Positions 8,866-18,881 of a stretch of 64,000 nt of DNA are shown piece by piece; position 1 is the stretch's first letter, and the number at the start of each line of letters is the position of its first letter. The notes beneath the pieces were generated by a model. The model was given only the letters and a program-made list of their open reading frames with translations. It had not been told where the DNA came from and ran no database searches. The position numbers and the translations under genes were made by a program. The stretch lies in NCBI GenBank assembly GCA_005116835.1, contig SWDM01000012.1:36454-100453 (forward strand). Reading direction: 5' to 3'. Source of the stretch: Nitrospira sp. Its GTDB lineage: Bacteria; Nitrospirota; Nitrospiria; Nitrospirales; Nitrospiraceae.

Positions 8866-10263
8866 ATGTTTAGCATAGACTCGGTCCTTCATAAATGGGC
8901 GCCGTGGATTTGTGTGATAGGGCTCTGTATAGCCTGTTTGCCCGTGATGGTATCGGCCCAGGTTCCCCGTATTCAAGGACAGGGGGCCGCCGCATCCGCG
9001 ATGAGTAGTGCGTTTGCTGCCCAAGCCGATGATCCATCGGCTGTACACTACAATCCTGCAGGGATGACACAGTTGCAAGGCATTCAATTTATGGGAGGAG
9101 CCATCGGGTCCGGAGGATCGACAAACTTTACCAGTCCGACCGGGGTGACGGCACGTGGTGATCGGAATGGAAGTGCAGCTTGGCCTCCTCCTGGCCATAT
9201 GTACATCACGGCGAACCTAAAGAGTCTTGGGGTTGCGGCTTTTGGAGACCTTTCTATCGGAATTGGTCTGACTGTACCCTTTGGCTCGCTGACTCGCTGG
9301 CCAATGGATGGGCCATTCAGGAGTTCTACGACGTTTAGTGCGCTGCCACTTTTCGATATCAAGCCCACTCTGGCTTACAAAGTGATGGAGAATCTCTCAC
9401 TTGGGCTTGGTGCGGATATCTATACGTTCAGCGGGCTTCTCGGCGAAGGTCATGTCGAAAAACAATTCATCTCGCCAGGCGCCCCCGCTTTTCCGTTGGC
9501 CCCTGCAGGTTCAAAGGTTGAATTAGCCGGCAAAGACACCACCGCCGGGTTCAATGCTAGTTTATTGTATACCGCGTTGAGAAATGAGGATGAGAAACCT
9601 CTGGCGAACATTGGGATTGTCTACCGGAGTCAAGCGACCCTGCACCTGAGTGGGGAATTATTGGCAAATGGAGCCAAAGTATCTGATGCCGACGCCACAC
9701 TCGTCTTGCCTCAAATTATTACAGGAGCGATTGCAATATGGCCAGTTCGCACAAATGAACGGGAGTGGAAAATGGAGATGGACGTCGATTATGTCGGATG
9801 GAAGTCTGTTCGAAATCTCGATGTGACCTTGGGGAATGGGATGACGATCGCACAGCCTCAGAAGTGGCGGAGCACCTACGCCGTGATGCTTGGAACCGAA
9901 TACAAATGGCTGACGCTTGAATCGCTCCCGAACTGGCAAGTGGCGCTGAGGGCCGGCTATACCAACCAGCAAAATCAAATGCCTGATTCGACGTTCGATC
10001 CTGCCATTCCTTCGTCGGACCTGCATATTGTGGGCGGAGGGCTTGGATTGCTGTGCAAGGAGCGAGCATTGTTTCTAGGGCTGATACGATGCGGAGACGT
10101 CGGCATGGGCTCGCTGAAACCCAAAGCAATCGGACTGGACCTCTCGGTTCAAGCTGGGTTGTATGAGGACCGTACCGTATCGGGCAATCAAAACCCGACC
10201 GTCGACGGAATGTACCGAACCACATTGATTCTTGGCAGTGCGTCGATTCGAATGGTGTATTAA
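8866..10263 (+). CDS. Outer-membrane transport protein, OMPP1/FadL/TodX family
   Basis: Signal peptide followed by GAAASAMSSAFAAQADDPSAVHYNPAGM, the family-typical N-terminus. Beta-rich with a terminal aromatic residue. Confidence 0.75.
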   Translation: MFSIDSVLHKWAPWICVIGLCIACLPVMVSAQVPRIQGQGAAASAMSSAFAAQADDPSAVHYNPAGMTQLQGIQFMGGAIGSGGSTNFTSPTGVTARGDRNGSAAWPPPGHMYITANLKSLGVAAFGDLSIGIGLTVPFGSLTRWPMDGPFRSSTTFSALPLFDIKPTLAYKVMENLSLGLGADIYTFSGLLGEGHVEKQFISPGAPAFPLAPAGSKVELAGKDTTAGFNASLLYTALRNEDEKPLANIGIVYRSQATLHLSGELLANGAKVSDADATLVLPQIITGAIAIWPVRTNEREWKMEMDVDYVGWKSVRNLDVTLGNGMTIAQPQKWRSTYAVMLGTEYKWLTLESLPNWQVALRAGYTNQQNQMPDSTFDPAIPSSDLHIVGGGLGLLCKERALFLGLIRCGDVGMGSLKPKAIGLDLSVQAGLYEDRTVSGNQNPTVDGMYRTTLILGSASIRMVY

Positions 10264-10269
10264 CGGATT

Positions 10270-10410
10270 GGCGAGATGCGCGGGACGGGCGAGAAAGGCG
10301 CGATGTAGAGCCTCGTTTAAAGGCGTTAATCGTGAACCGTCAATCGTCGATTCACGTTTCACGAATAACGATTCACGCTGCCTGTCCCGCTTTTCCCGCC
10401 AGTCTCGCCC
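10270..10410. repeat. Nested inverted heptad repeats (GGCGAGA/GCGGGAC outer arms, CGTGAA/CGTCAA inner arms)
   Basis: Outer arms 10270-10302 and 10376-10410, inner arms 10331-10377. Occupies the whole gap between the convergent fadL-like gene and alr. Confidence 0.55.
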
Positions 10411-10414
10411 GTTG

Positions 10415-11548
10415 TTAGGCTGATTCATAAATGCGCGGAACGCGGGAGCCGATCCCGCAGAGGACTTCATAGGGGATCGTGTCGATCCAGCCTGCCACTT
10501 CGTCCGCCCAGATCGATTCCTCTCCCTGCTGACCGATCAGTGTCACGGTCTCACCTACTTGTACCGGTCCAATGTCGGTGACATCCACCATGATCATATC
10601 CATACAGACCAGCCCGACGATCGGAACACGGCGTCCTTGAATCAAGACCGATGCTCGATGGGAGAGTCGCCGACTATAGCCGTCGGCATAACCGATGGGG
10701 AGCACGGCGATACGCGTGGGCCGTTTTGCGACGAATGTCCTGTTGTAGCTGACGGCTCCCCCTGGTGGGATCGTTCGTAATTGGGCGATGGTGGTTCGAA
10801 GCGAAAGAACAGGTTTAAGGTCAGGATCGGGAGTGGTCTTGGGTAAGGTATGGTACCCATAGAGCATGATGCCAGGCCGTACGAGCGAAAAATGCGCATC
10901 GGGAAATCTGACGATGGCGGCGCTGTTTGCCGCATGCACCAGCGGGAGAGGGAAACCTCGATGCCTGATCTGTTCCAGCATGGCATGAAACCCAGCGAGT
11001 TGGCGTTCGGTAAAGGCGCTGTCTGTCCCATCTGCATCGGCCAGGTGAGTCATGAGACCCTCAACGCGGAGGGGGTGGCGCAAGAGAGGGCTGTCCAGGA
11101 GCGCGAGCAGTTCTTCGGGAGACAATCCTAATCGGCCCATCCCGGTTTCGACCTTGAGATGAATTGGGTAGGGGGCCGAAAGTGATCCAGCTGCTTTGGT
11201 CAAGGCGGGAAGGAGGCGCGCATCGCTGATGACGGGGGTCAGCCTGTGTGCGACCAAGTCAGGTAACTGTTCCTCAAAGAGGGCTCCCAGGACTACGATA
11301 GAGGCTGAGAGACCGGCTAGGCGAAGTTCGATACCTTCGTCGAGGGAGGCGACAGCAAACTGCCCGATGCCTTGCTTTGCAAGCGCATGAGCGGTTTCAA
11401 CAGCCCCATGCCCATAGGCATTGGCCTTGACGATCGCCATGACTTCGCAGCCGGGAGATAGGTATCGCTTGATGCGAGAAAGATTATGGGCGAGTGCCGC
11501 GAGGTTGACGATGGCGCAGGTGGGTAACAAGGGCGAAGTTAAGTTCAC
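10415..11548 (-). CDS. alr: Alanine racemase
   Basis: AIVKANAYGHGA PLP-lysine motif and full-length similarity pattern. The GTG start overlaps the frr stop (GTGA). Confidence 0.9.
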   Translation of the reverse strand: MNLTSPLLPTCAIVNLAALAHNLSRIKRYLSPGCEVMAIVKANAYGHGAVETAHALAKQGIGQFAVASLDEGIELRLAGLSASIVVLGALFEEQLPDLVAHRLTPVISDARLLPALTKAAGSLSAPYPIHLKVETGMGRLGLSPEELLALLDSPLLRHPLRVEGLMTHLADADGTDSAFTERQLAGFHAMLEQIRHRGFPLPLVHAANSAAIVRFPDAHFSLVRPGIMLYGYHTLPKTTPDPDLKPVLSLRTTIAQLRTIPPGGAVSYNRTFVAKRPTRIAVLPIGYADGYSRRLSHRASVLIQGRRVPIVGLVCMDMIMVDVTDIGPVQVGETVTLIGQQGEESIWADEVAGWIDTIPYEVLCGIGSRVPRIYESA

Positions 11549-12108
11549 ACTTCCATAATTTCGTGTTCTTTTTTCTTCACTACGTCGTCGACTTTCTGAA
11601 TGTATTGATCGGTCAGTTTCTGGGTATCGGCTTCGGCCTTCCGCAGCTCGTCTTCCGTTAACTTGACATCCTTTTGCAGTTTCTTCAACTCTTCATTGCC
11701 ATCGCGACGAAACCCACGGACAACAACTTTGGTGTCTTCCCCATGCTTTTTGCAGATCTTACTGAGATCTTTCCGCCGTTCTTCGGTGAGAGGTGGAAGG
11801 GGAACGCGAATGATCTTGCCGTCGTTGGACGGTGTGATGCCGAGGTTCGAACTTGCCAAGGACTTCTCGATTTCCTTGATCAGGCTTGGCTCCCATGGCT
11901 GGATCGTGATGAGGCGAGCCTCGGGAGTTGAGATATTGGCCACCTGTTTCAACGGTGTCATCGTGCCGTAGTAGTCGACCCGGACACCGTCGAAGAGCGC
12001 GACCGAGGCTCTTCCTGTCCGTAAACCGGCTAAATCGCGCTTAAGGTGCTCCAGCGCGGACTCCATCTTTTCCATGACCTTGTGATGTATGGCAGCAGGA
12101 TTGGACAT
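11545..12108 (-). CDS. frr: Ribosome recycling factor
   Basis: 187 aa with ...LAGLRTGRASVALFDGVRVDYYG...ITPSNDG..IRVPLPPLTEERR. Confidence 0.95.
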   Translation of the reverse strand: MSNPAAIHHKVMEKMESALEHLKRDLAGLRTGRASVALFDGVRVDYYGTMTPLKQVANISTPEARLITIQPWEPSLIKEIEKSLASSNLGITPSNDGKIIRVPLPPLTEERRKDLSKICKKHGEDTKVVVRGFRRDGNEELKKLQKDVKLTEDELRKAEADTQKLTDQYIQKVDDVVKKKEHEIMEV

Positions 12109-12126
12109 GAGAGACTCCCCGAATGG

Positions 12127-12852
12127 TCAGCGGCGATCGGAGGTGACTATGGTTCCGATCGCTTCCCCAGTGGCGACGCGTTTAAAGTTGCCTTGGTCCT
12201 TCAAATTGAACACGATGAGCGGAAGGTTGTTGTCCATGCAGAGGCTGATGGCGGTGGCATCCATCACCTTTAAATTCTGATTCAAGATCGAGAGAAAAGA
12301 AATTGTTTCGTATTTTTTTGCGGAGGGATTCTTGACAGGATCGGCGTCGTAGATGCCGTCGACCTTGGTCCCTTTCATGATGACCTGGGCTCCGATCTCC
12401 ATCGCCCTGAGCGCTGCGGCTGTATCGGTTGAGAAGTAGGGATTTCCTGTGCCGCCCGCGAAGATGACAACGCGTTTTTTCTCCAGATGGCGAATGGCAC
12501 GCCTGCGGATATACCCCTCAGCCAGCTGGCGCATTTCGATTGCGGACTGGACTCGCGTAATAATGCCGGTGCGCTCAAGCGCGTTTTGCAGGGCTAAGGC
12601 ATTGAGTACGGTGGCGAGCATCCCCATGTAGTCGGCGGAAGCTCGTTCCATGCCGGAAGCGCTGGCGGCAATACCGCGGAAGATATTGCCGCCGCCGATA
12701 ACCACTGCGACCTCGATGTTGAGCGCGACGACGGAGGCGATTTCCGAAGCGAGGCCTTCAAGGATGGATGGCTGAATGCCGTAACCCTGCTCACCGGCCA
12801 ACATCTCTCCGCTCACTTTGAGGAGGATGCGCCGATAGTTGGCAGAGTTCAT
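12127..12852 (-). CDS. pyrH: UMP kinase
   Basis: [11 protein letters not shown]...[11 protein letters not shown]...[20 protein letters not shown]. Confidence 0.95.
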   Translation of the reverse strand: MNSANYRRILLKVSGEMLAGEQGYGIQPSILEGLASEIASVVALNIEVAVVIGGGNIFRGIAASASGMERASADYMGMLATVLNALALQNALERTGIITRVQSAIEMRQLAEGYIRRRAIRHLEKKRVVIFAGGTGNPYFSTDTAAALRAMEIGAQVIMKGTKVDGIYDADPVKNPSAKKYETISFLSILNQNLKVMDATAISLCMDNNLPLIVFNLKDQGNFKRVATGEAIGTIVTSDRR

Positions 12853-13445
12853 GCTTCGCCTAATTGGTACCGTGTAAAGCGACGTATGTTCATGTTCTCA
12901 CCGATTTTTGAAATCTTCAGCGCAAGGAGGTCCTTAATGGTGACGGCGGGATCCTTGACGAAGGACTGTTCGATCAGACAGCTTTCCTGGAAAAACTTTT
13001 CCAGCTTGCCTTCGACGATTTTCGGCCATGCAGCCGGGGGCTTGCCCATTTCTTTGGCTTGCCCCTCATAAATCGACCGTTCTTTATCGATGAGTGAAGC
13101 GGGGATCTCTTCCCGTTTGACGTAAGAGGGCTTCCCTGCGGCGACCTGGAGGGCTAGATCGTTGACAAACGATTTGAACTCTTCATTACGGGCCACGAAG
13201 TCGGTCTCACAGTTGACCTCGATGAGCACACCAATTTTCCCACCCATGTGGATATAAGCATGTACGAGACCTTGGTTGGTTTCGCGGCCTGATTTTTTAA
13301 GGGCAGCGGCTAGGCCCTTTTGGCGCAGGTAGTCGATGGCTTTTTCGATATCGCTGCCGTTCTCCGTGAGCGCTTTTTGGCAATCCAGGATACCGGCGCC
13401 TGTTTTTTCTCTCAGTTCTTTGACAAGCTGACTTGATCCAGCCAT
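12849..13445 (-). CDS. tsf: Elongation factor Ts (short form)
   Basis: [19 protein letters not shown]...[16 protein letters not shown]. The stop overlaps the pyrH start (ATGA). Confidence 0.9.
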   Translation of the reverse strand: MAGSSQLVKELREKTGAGILDCQKALTENGSDIEKAIDYLRQKGLAAALKKSGRETNQGLVHAYIHMGGKIGVLIEVNCETDFVARNEEFKSFVNDLALQVAAGKPSYVKREEIPASLIDKERSIYEGQAKEMGKPPAAWPKIVEGKLEKFFQESCLIEQSFVKDPAVTIKDLLALKISKIGENMNIRRFTRYQLGEA

Positions 13446-13505
13446 ACGTGACGGTCCTTCTTAATCGATGGTGAGTATAGTTGCCTAACTTCGCGACGTC
13501 CGGCG

Positions 13506-14279
13506 CTATACAGCCGGGGCGCTCGCCAAGGTGACAGCTGCGGCCTTATCTCCTGCTGGGGGAACGGGTTTGAACTCCGCTTCATCGCGCTGTGTCCTCA
13601 AATGAGCGCCTTCAATGCAGGCGTTGGCAATAAGAGAGGTGATGAGCTTGATGGAGCGGATCGCGTCGTCGTTTCCAGGGATCGGGTAAGTGATGTGGTC
13701 CGGATCGCAGTTCGAGTCCAGGATCGCGATCATCGGAATCTCCAACCGCTTTGCTTCTTGTACGGCCAGGTGTTCGATGCGGGTATCCAGGACGAAAACA
13801 GCTCCTGGTACGCCGCGCATGTCCTTGATGCCGCTCAGATACTTCTGGAGCTTGACGATCTCCTTCTGCATCTTCATGATTTCTTTTTTCTTCAGGCCGT
13901 ATTGGCTGGGGTCCGCCAGCTTGAGCTCCATTTTCTTCATCTTATCGATGCTCTTCCGGATGGTCTGGAAGTTCGTGAGCATCCCGCCGAGCCAGCGCTG
14001 GTTGACGAAGAACATGTTGGCGCGCAAGGCTTCTTCTTGAAGGATTTCAGCGGCCTGCCGCTTAGTTCCGACGAACAGGACCGATTGGCCGGCGGCCACG
14101 GTGTCACGGACGAAGGCATAGGCCTGCTCCATCCGAGCCAGTGTTTGCTGAAGATCGATGATATAGATGCCGTTGCGTTCTCCAAAGAGGAATTTCTTCA
14201 TCTTTGGGTTCCACCGATTCGTCTGGTGCCCGAAATGGACTCCTGCTTCTAACAGTTCCTTGATCGAAACCACTCCCAT
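13506..14279 (-). CDS. rpsB: 30S ribosomal protein S2
   Basis: [19 protein letters not shown]... Start at ATG 14279 with GGAGGTGA upstream; the track start 14297 is an upstream alternative codon. Confidence 0.95.
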   Translation of the reverse strand: MGVVSIKELLEAGVHFGHQTNRWNPKMKKFLFGERNGIYIIDLQQTLARMEQAYAFVRDTVAAGQSVLFVGTKRQAAEILQEEALRANMFFVNQRWLGGMLTNFQTIRKSIDKMKKMELKLADPSQYGLKKKEIMKMQKEIVKLQKYLSGIKDMRGVPGAVFVLDTRIEHLAVQEAKRLEIPMIAILDSNCDPDHITYPIPGNDDAIRSIKLITSLIANACIEGAHLRTQRDEAEFKPVPPAGDKAAAVTLASAPAV

Positions 14280-14408
14280 GCCTTCACCTCCCCTCAAGAC
14301 TTGCAGAGCGCCTACTGACGCAGGCGAGGGGGACTGGCCCCCTTATTCTCAAGTCGAGCGACGTCCATGACGTCGATATGAATTTGATACGGTCTTTTCA
14401 CGCACAAA

Positions 14409-14414
14409 ATTATA
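14409..14414 (-). promoter_or_regulatory. Possible -10 box (TATAAT) for the rpsB operon, with a roughly 125-nt leader
   Basis: Perfect TATAAT on the minus strand, but no good -35. The leader contains a GGGGG/CCCCC 5-bp hairpin at 14328-14342. Confidence 0.25.
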
Positions 14415-14514
14415 CGAGAAAGAGACTACCCCTACCGATAGAACCTTGGCACGTTATCATGCTGGCCGTTAGCTTGCAAGACCATCTGCAGGCCATATAG
14501 AGAGCACATCATCA

Positions 14515-15160
14515 GTCCGGTTTTGTAGCACGTGATCGGTCCGGTTTAGGGTGTGCCCTCAAGGAGGGCCACTATGACACGGGCGACCGTACTACAGGAG
14601 GTGAGACAGATGCGGTTTGAAGAGCTGTACGAGCAGCGGCAACGGCGTACATTCACGAGGGGGGAGGCTGCCGACATCTTAAGGATCACCGAACGAGCGT
14701 TTCGCTGCTGGAGTGGGCGCTGGCCGGGATCACGGAGAGGGCGGCGGCCAACCGGTATCTGACCGAGTGGTTCCTCCTACAGTATAACGAGCGGTTTATG
14801 GTGAGGGTGACGGAACCGGGCACCGCCTTCATCCCGTGGATCGGGACGTCCCTCGCCGAGATCCTGTGTGTGCAAGAGGAGCGAGTGGTGGCCAAGGACA
14901 ATACGGTACGGTACAGGGCCTGAGCCTGCATATCCCACAAGATTCCCAGCGGTTCCATTACGTGAAGGTCACGGTGCGGGTGCATGAATAGCCGGATGGG
15001 ACCTTGGCCGTGCTCCCTGGGCCTCGGTGTCTAGCGCGCTATCACGCGGATGGCCGGCTGCTCTTCGATCCTCGGCCAACGGTGCGCGACAATATTTCGG
15101 CGCACAGCTGAACAACTCGGAGAGAAGAACCGGACAGATCATGTGCTGCAAAACCCGGAC
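14515..15160 (+). mobile_element. Internally deleted IS remnant (ISNCY/IS1202-like) with both terminal inverted repeats
   Basis: gtccggttttgtagcac (14515-14531) versus the reverse complement of gtgctgcaaaacccggac (15143-15160). About 646 bp lies between them, far shorter than a full IS. Confidence 0.6.
14574..15111 (+). pseudogene. Transposase pseudogene (N-terminal HTH piece joined to a C-terminal piece, with frame breaks and in-frame stops)
   Basis: AAGGAG then ATG 14574 gives MTRATVLQEV...LTRGEAADILRITERAFR. The frame then changes to ...YNERFMVRVTEPGTAFIP...VVAKDNTVRYRA(stop)...HYVKVTVRVHE(stop)PDGTLAVLPGPRCLARYHADG. Confidence 0.6.
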
Positions 15161-15349
15161 AAGTTAACTTGCTATCTATAGGGATTCAATTGCGCGAAGG
15201 TGGGAGGTGGTGAAAATACATGGTAATCCGTCTGATTGCCAGGCTTGTTGATCCGATACATCCGGTCTGTTTGTTTAACCAAACAACCCGGTCTGGCCGA
15301 ATACACCAATTGCCGGCTCTCCCGGTTGGTGAATGGCTTGAGTGTCCTG

Positions 15350-16915
15350 CTAGACAAAGTATCGGCTGGTGTCGAACTGATATTCGGTGTTGTCGATCAA
15401 ACGGACAATGTTGTGACGGAAATCCCCGTTCTCGTCTTTCTCAGTGAGGTCTATTTCGCGCCCATGGTCGATCGGGTCTCCCTGCGCATCGGTGATGACC
15501 CGGACCAGTGGCCGCTCGGCATCCGCCTTTTCCACTGCGGGTTTGAGCACGACGGCCAATTCACTCGTGTCCAGCATCACCAGGCTTCCAATTGGGATGA
15601 TGCCGACACAGTTGACAAACAGTTTCAGCAGCACGGGATCGAAGGACTTTCCAGCCTTCGAGAACATCATGTTCAGCACTTTAGATGGAGACATCGGTTC
15701 CCGGCGGTACACACGGGAGGAGGTCATGGCGTCGTAACAGTCTGCGATCGTGAGGATGCGGCCGGTCAGTGAAATGGTCCAGGGTACGGTCAATTTCGGA
15801 TAGCCAGAGAAATCCAAGTTCATATGGTGTTCGAAGGAAGCCGCTGCCATCCGGCCAGGCAGATTCGCGATGCCTCTCAGCTTTGAGAGAGTGAGTACAC
15901 CCTCCGTGGGATGATTGCGCATCGCTACCCAATCGTCATCGGTAAACTCGCCCGGCTTGTTTAAGACTTCCATGGGTATCGTAGATTTGCCCATGTCATG
16001 GAACAGGGCTGCGAGGCCTAGGTCGGCCAGTTCCACTTTGGGATAGCCGGCGCGATTCGCCAACGCCATGGACAACAACGAGACATTAACCGAATGGTTG
16101 TGGGTGTACTCATCGTGGCAGCGAAGGGTCGTGAGACCGAGGACTGTGGCTTCGTCGTCCATCATGAGGTCGACGATATTTTGGATTGCGCGCTTTGCCT
16201 GCTTGAACGTGACGGTCCCTCCCTCACGGACCGATTGTGTCATCGATCCGATCGATCCCGCCACATTGGCATAGCCGTTCTTGGCTTTCATTTTCCGTTT
16301 CTGTTGTAGATTGGCGCTGTCGGACCCCATGCCCCCATCAGTTCCGGATAGTTCTTTGATGGCGAGTTGCCGTGGATCTTCCAGTTCGATGCCGGAGATT
16401 CCCCGTCCTGCGATCTCGTCCCTCAGGTCTCCGAGGGTTTTGGTATTATGATCGAAGTTGACAAAGAGAGCGGCGAACTCACGGAGATCTTTCGATTCAG
16501 CGGCCAGCGAGAATGTCACCCCGCCGATCTTCCAATCGTTCAAGGTATCGATGATACTGGTTGCCACAGCCATTTGCTGTGCGCTCACCTTCAAGTGGCT
16601 GTCCCCAAGAAATAAGAAATCGTTCTGCAGCCGGAGTGTGACGGGATGGTCGTGGGCCAGGGCCTTGATCAGCGTCAGCATCGCGGCGACGGGTTTATCC
16701 AGGGCCGAGTTGGTGCGATCGTATATATAGGAGGTCTTAATTAAGACATTTAGCTGCGTGATCAGCTGAATGCCCAGCATGGCCAGCTGCTGATCAAGAA
16801 TGTTTTCGGCTTCCGATCCGCTGGCGATCTTTCGAGAGAGGGATTTTTCGTGAGTCAGAAGCGGCTGAGTTTGTCGATCCACGACCGGAGCCTCTTTGAT
16901 TTTGGAGTCGCTCAC
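15350..16915 (-). CDS. HD-GYP domain c-di-GMP phosphodiesterase-type protein
   Basis: HSVNVS...LFHDMGK...HHMNLDFSGYP motifs. Start reassigned to GTG 16913-16915, 7 nt after AAGGAG and 16 nt downstream of the HEAT gene stop. The 620-aa track ORF would overlap the upstream gene by 280 nt. Confidence 0.8.
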   Translation of the reverse strand: MSDSKIKEAPVVDRQTQPLLTHEKSLSRKIASGSEAENILDQQLAMLGIQLITQLNVLIKTSYIYDRTNSALDKPVAAMLTLIKALAHDHPVTLRLQNDFLFLGDSHLKVSAQQMAVATSIIDTLNDWKIGGVTFSLAAESKDLREFAALFVNFDHNTKTLGDLRDEIAGRGISGIELEDPRQLAIKELSGTDGGMGSDSANLQQKRKMKAKNGYANVAGSIGSMTQSVREGGTVTFKQAKRAIQNIVDLMMDDEATVLGLTTLRCHDEYTHNHSVNVSLLSMALANRAGYPKVELADLGLAALFHDMGKSTIPMEVLNKPGEFTDDDWVAMRNHPTEGVLTLSKLRGIANLPGRMAAASFEHHMNLDFSGYPKLTVPWTISLTGRILTIADCYDAMTSSRVYRREPMSPSKVLNMMFSKAGKSFDPVLLKLFVNCVGIIPIGSLVMLDTSELAVVLKPAVEKADAERPLVRVITDAQGDPIDHGREIDLTEKDENGDFRHNIVRLIDNTEYQFDTSRYFV

Positions 16916-16931
16916 AACAAAAGCTCCTTGA

Positions 16932-18722
16932 TTATGATGCCGCCTGTTTGAACTGCTGTTGCCGCTGGGTTTGAGCGAGCGCAAGGGCGCAGGCTTGCCG
17001 CACGGAGGCGTTGCCTTTTTTCTGACCAATCCCGAGGGCGGCAATCGCGGACGGAGTGGCCAACTTCCCCAATGCCTCGGCGGCGAGGGTGGCGAGTTCC
17101 TCTTTCTTCTTCCGGTTGGTCCAAGACCATTCGGTGAATAAACTTTCAAAGAAGGGAATGACTTCATCGCCGCTGGTTGCGCGCATGGCTTGAAATACCG
17201 CGCGCTTTTCACTGAGGGTTCGGTCCATGAATATGTCAGCCGATACGAGGGGTGTCCAGGAGGAGTAAGGCACCTTATATTGACCGCTCATGAGCAGCTT
17301 GAGCGCCGCCAATCGCACCGATTCTTCTGCATCGTTCAGGCACGAGAGAAGTTTTATCCCATTCCCGTTGGGCCGGAGAATTCCGATCGCTCGCACGACT
17401 TCCTTCCGTACCTGGACGTCCGGGTAGCGGACCAGCTTTTCAATAGCGTCCGCAAATCGAGGATTGTTCCATTTGAGAAGGATGGAGAGAAGATTCTTCA
17501 CATAGAGGGGGCGGCGGTCGGATAAACCACGAAGCACCGCATCCGGCTGATCCTTTGCGAGTATCTCGATCGTCTCGATCACGACTCGCTGATGAGTCAA
17601 TGAGTTGAGATTCGCCAGGAGAGCACATAGGGCAGGAACAGCGGTCGGAGTCATCGATAACAGGACTGACTGCAAGCCCGCTGCAGTTCCATCGGGGAGC
17701 CTGTTCAAATAGGTTTCGATCATTTTCATGCGTTCCGGTCGAGCGAAGTTTTCCATCAGGGTTGCCAGCTGCTTCTTGTGATCGTCGCCGAGGTCCTGTC
17801 TGATTTCAGTCGCGTCCTGCAGCAGTTGAAGCATGCTATCCACTGCGCTCCATTTGCCATGGGCGAGCAATGAGTCGATGATCGTTCCCCATAGGCTGAA
17901 CAGTTTGGTCAGGACTGCAGGGGTCTTCTCCGATGCCAGGATCGCTGTGAGCATGTCCAACAAGTAGGTTGTGTTATCTCTGCTGCTCTCGGCTTGTATC
18001 TCTTTGGCCAAGGAGGCCAATTCCTCTTCCAAGACCTCATACCCCACAAGACCGGACTTGAATCGGCTCGCTGCTTTGCCTGCCGACGGATTGCTGCCAT
18101 CTGTTCCACCGGTCTGTTCCTTTTTCGTTTTAGCCTGCTCCTGGTCCAGGAGGTCTCGCAGGCTCGATTCCGGCGCCGCCATCGTCTTTACCGTCGGTAG
18201 CGCAAAGGCGTCGTCGCCGGTCGAAGATTTGGCAATTTCCTCGGCAGTGACTATGGTGATCGTGGGAAGGTTCTTGGACCATAGGCGAGTGACAATGTCG
18301 TCGTCGTTCTCTTCTGGGTCCAGGCTGTCCCACAGAGAATCGAGCAGGTAGGAGAGGGTTTCAGCCGTAATACCTTCGAGGAAGGTCAGTTCTCGAACAC
18401 CATCTGAGTAGAGCTTAAACGCGACGCTTTCATTGCTCGCGTCCTGCTCGGTTTTGTAAACGATTTCTTGGTTGAAGTACAGCTCGGATCGTTGAACGAG
18501 GAAGGCCAGCTTAGAGTAAGTAGCGAGATGAGCTGAAAGTTCCTCGAACAACTGATTGAAAAACTTTTGCGCCACGGGGTTTGTTGCCCCGTAGGTTCGG
18601 CATGACTTTGATGTCTTGTCCAGGAGTGCGAGGAGTCGCTTGACAGAGGTCACCTCCGGATTTGGCGCTTCTTTTGTAAGGCCAATCGGCACTGTGCCTG
18701 CGTCTGTAGTCAGCTGATCCAT
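16932..18722 (-). CDS. HEAT-repeat protein
   Basis: 596 aa. The C-terminal half has repeated D/N-xxVR-xxxxxALG units (DVQVRKEVVRAIG, EESVRLAALKLL, NASVRQACALALA). Confidence 0.7.
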   Translation of the reverse strand: MDQLTTDAGTVPIGLTKEAPNPEVTSVKRLLALLDKTSKSCRTYGATNPVAQKFFNQLFEELSAHLATYSKLAFLVQRSELYFNQEIVYKTEQDASNESVAFKLYSDGVRELTFLEGITAETLSYLLDSLWDSLDPEENDDDIVTRLWSKNLPTITIVTAEEIAKSSTGDDAFALPTVKTMAAPESSLRDLLDQEQAKTKKEQTGGTDGSNPSAGKAASRFKSGLVGYEVLEEELASLAKEIQAESSRDNTTYLLDMLTAILASEKTPAVLTKLFSLWGTIIDSLLAHGKWSAVDSMLQLLQDATEIRQDLGDDHKKQLATLMENFARPERMKMIETYLNRLPDGTAAGLQSVLLSMTPTAVPALCALLANLNSLTHQRVVIETIEILAKDQPDAVLRGLSDRRPLYVKNLLSILLKWNNPRFADAIEKLVRYPDVQVRKEVVRAIGILRPNGNGIKLLSCLNDAEESVRLAALKLLMSGQYKVPYSSWTPLVSADIFMDRTLSEKRAVFQAMRATSGDEVIPFFESLFTEWSWTNRKKKEELATLAAEALGKLATPSAIAALGIGQKKGNASVRQACALALAQTQRQQQFKQAAS

Positions 18723-18881
18723 TCTGAATACTCGTACCGTGTAGGTGCTGTTTCGTCAAGAAAATTGCCGCTCTTCACTCGTCTATCACCGTGGAAGTAC
18801 TGAGGATTCCATTCATGAGATCCATCGAAGATGCGAAGGCATTGTGCCTTCCACGGCTTGGCCGGTAGAATCTGCCGTATC

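Noticed and set aside
13602-14252. A 216-aa plus-strand ORF (and 13690-14040)
   Set aside because: It is antisense to rpsB, whose identity is unambiguous. It is a shadow ORF.
14444-14460. A sigma-54-like TGGCAC...TGC motif (ttggcacgttatcatgct)
   Set aside because: The GG-to-GC spacing is 11 nt rather than 10, the -12 element is ATGC rather than TTGC, and the motif points into an IS remnant.
16916-17212. The N-terminal extension of the HD-GYP ORF (the 620-aa version)
   Set aside because: It would overlap the HEAT-repeat gene by 280 nt. The extension is Pro/Arg/Ser-rich, and a GTG with a consensus AAGGAG lies just after the upstream stop.
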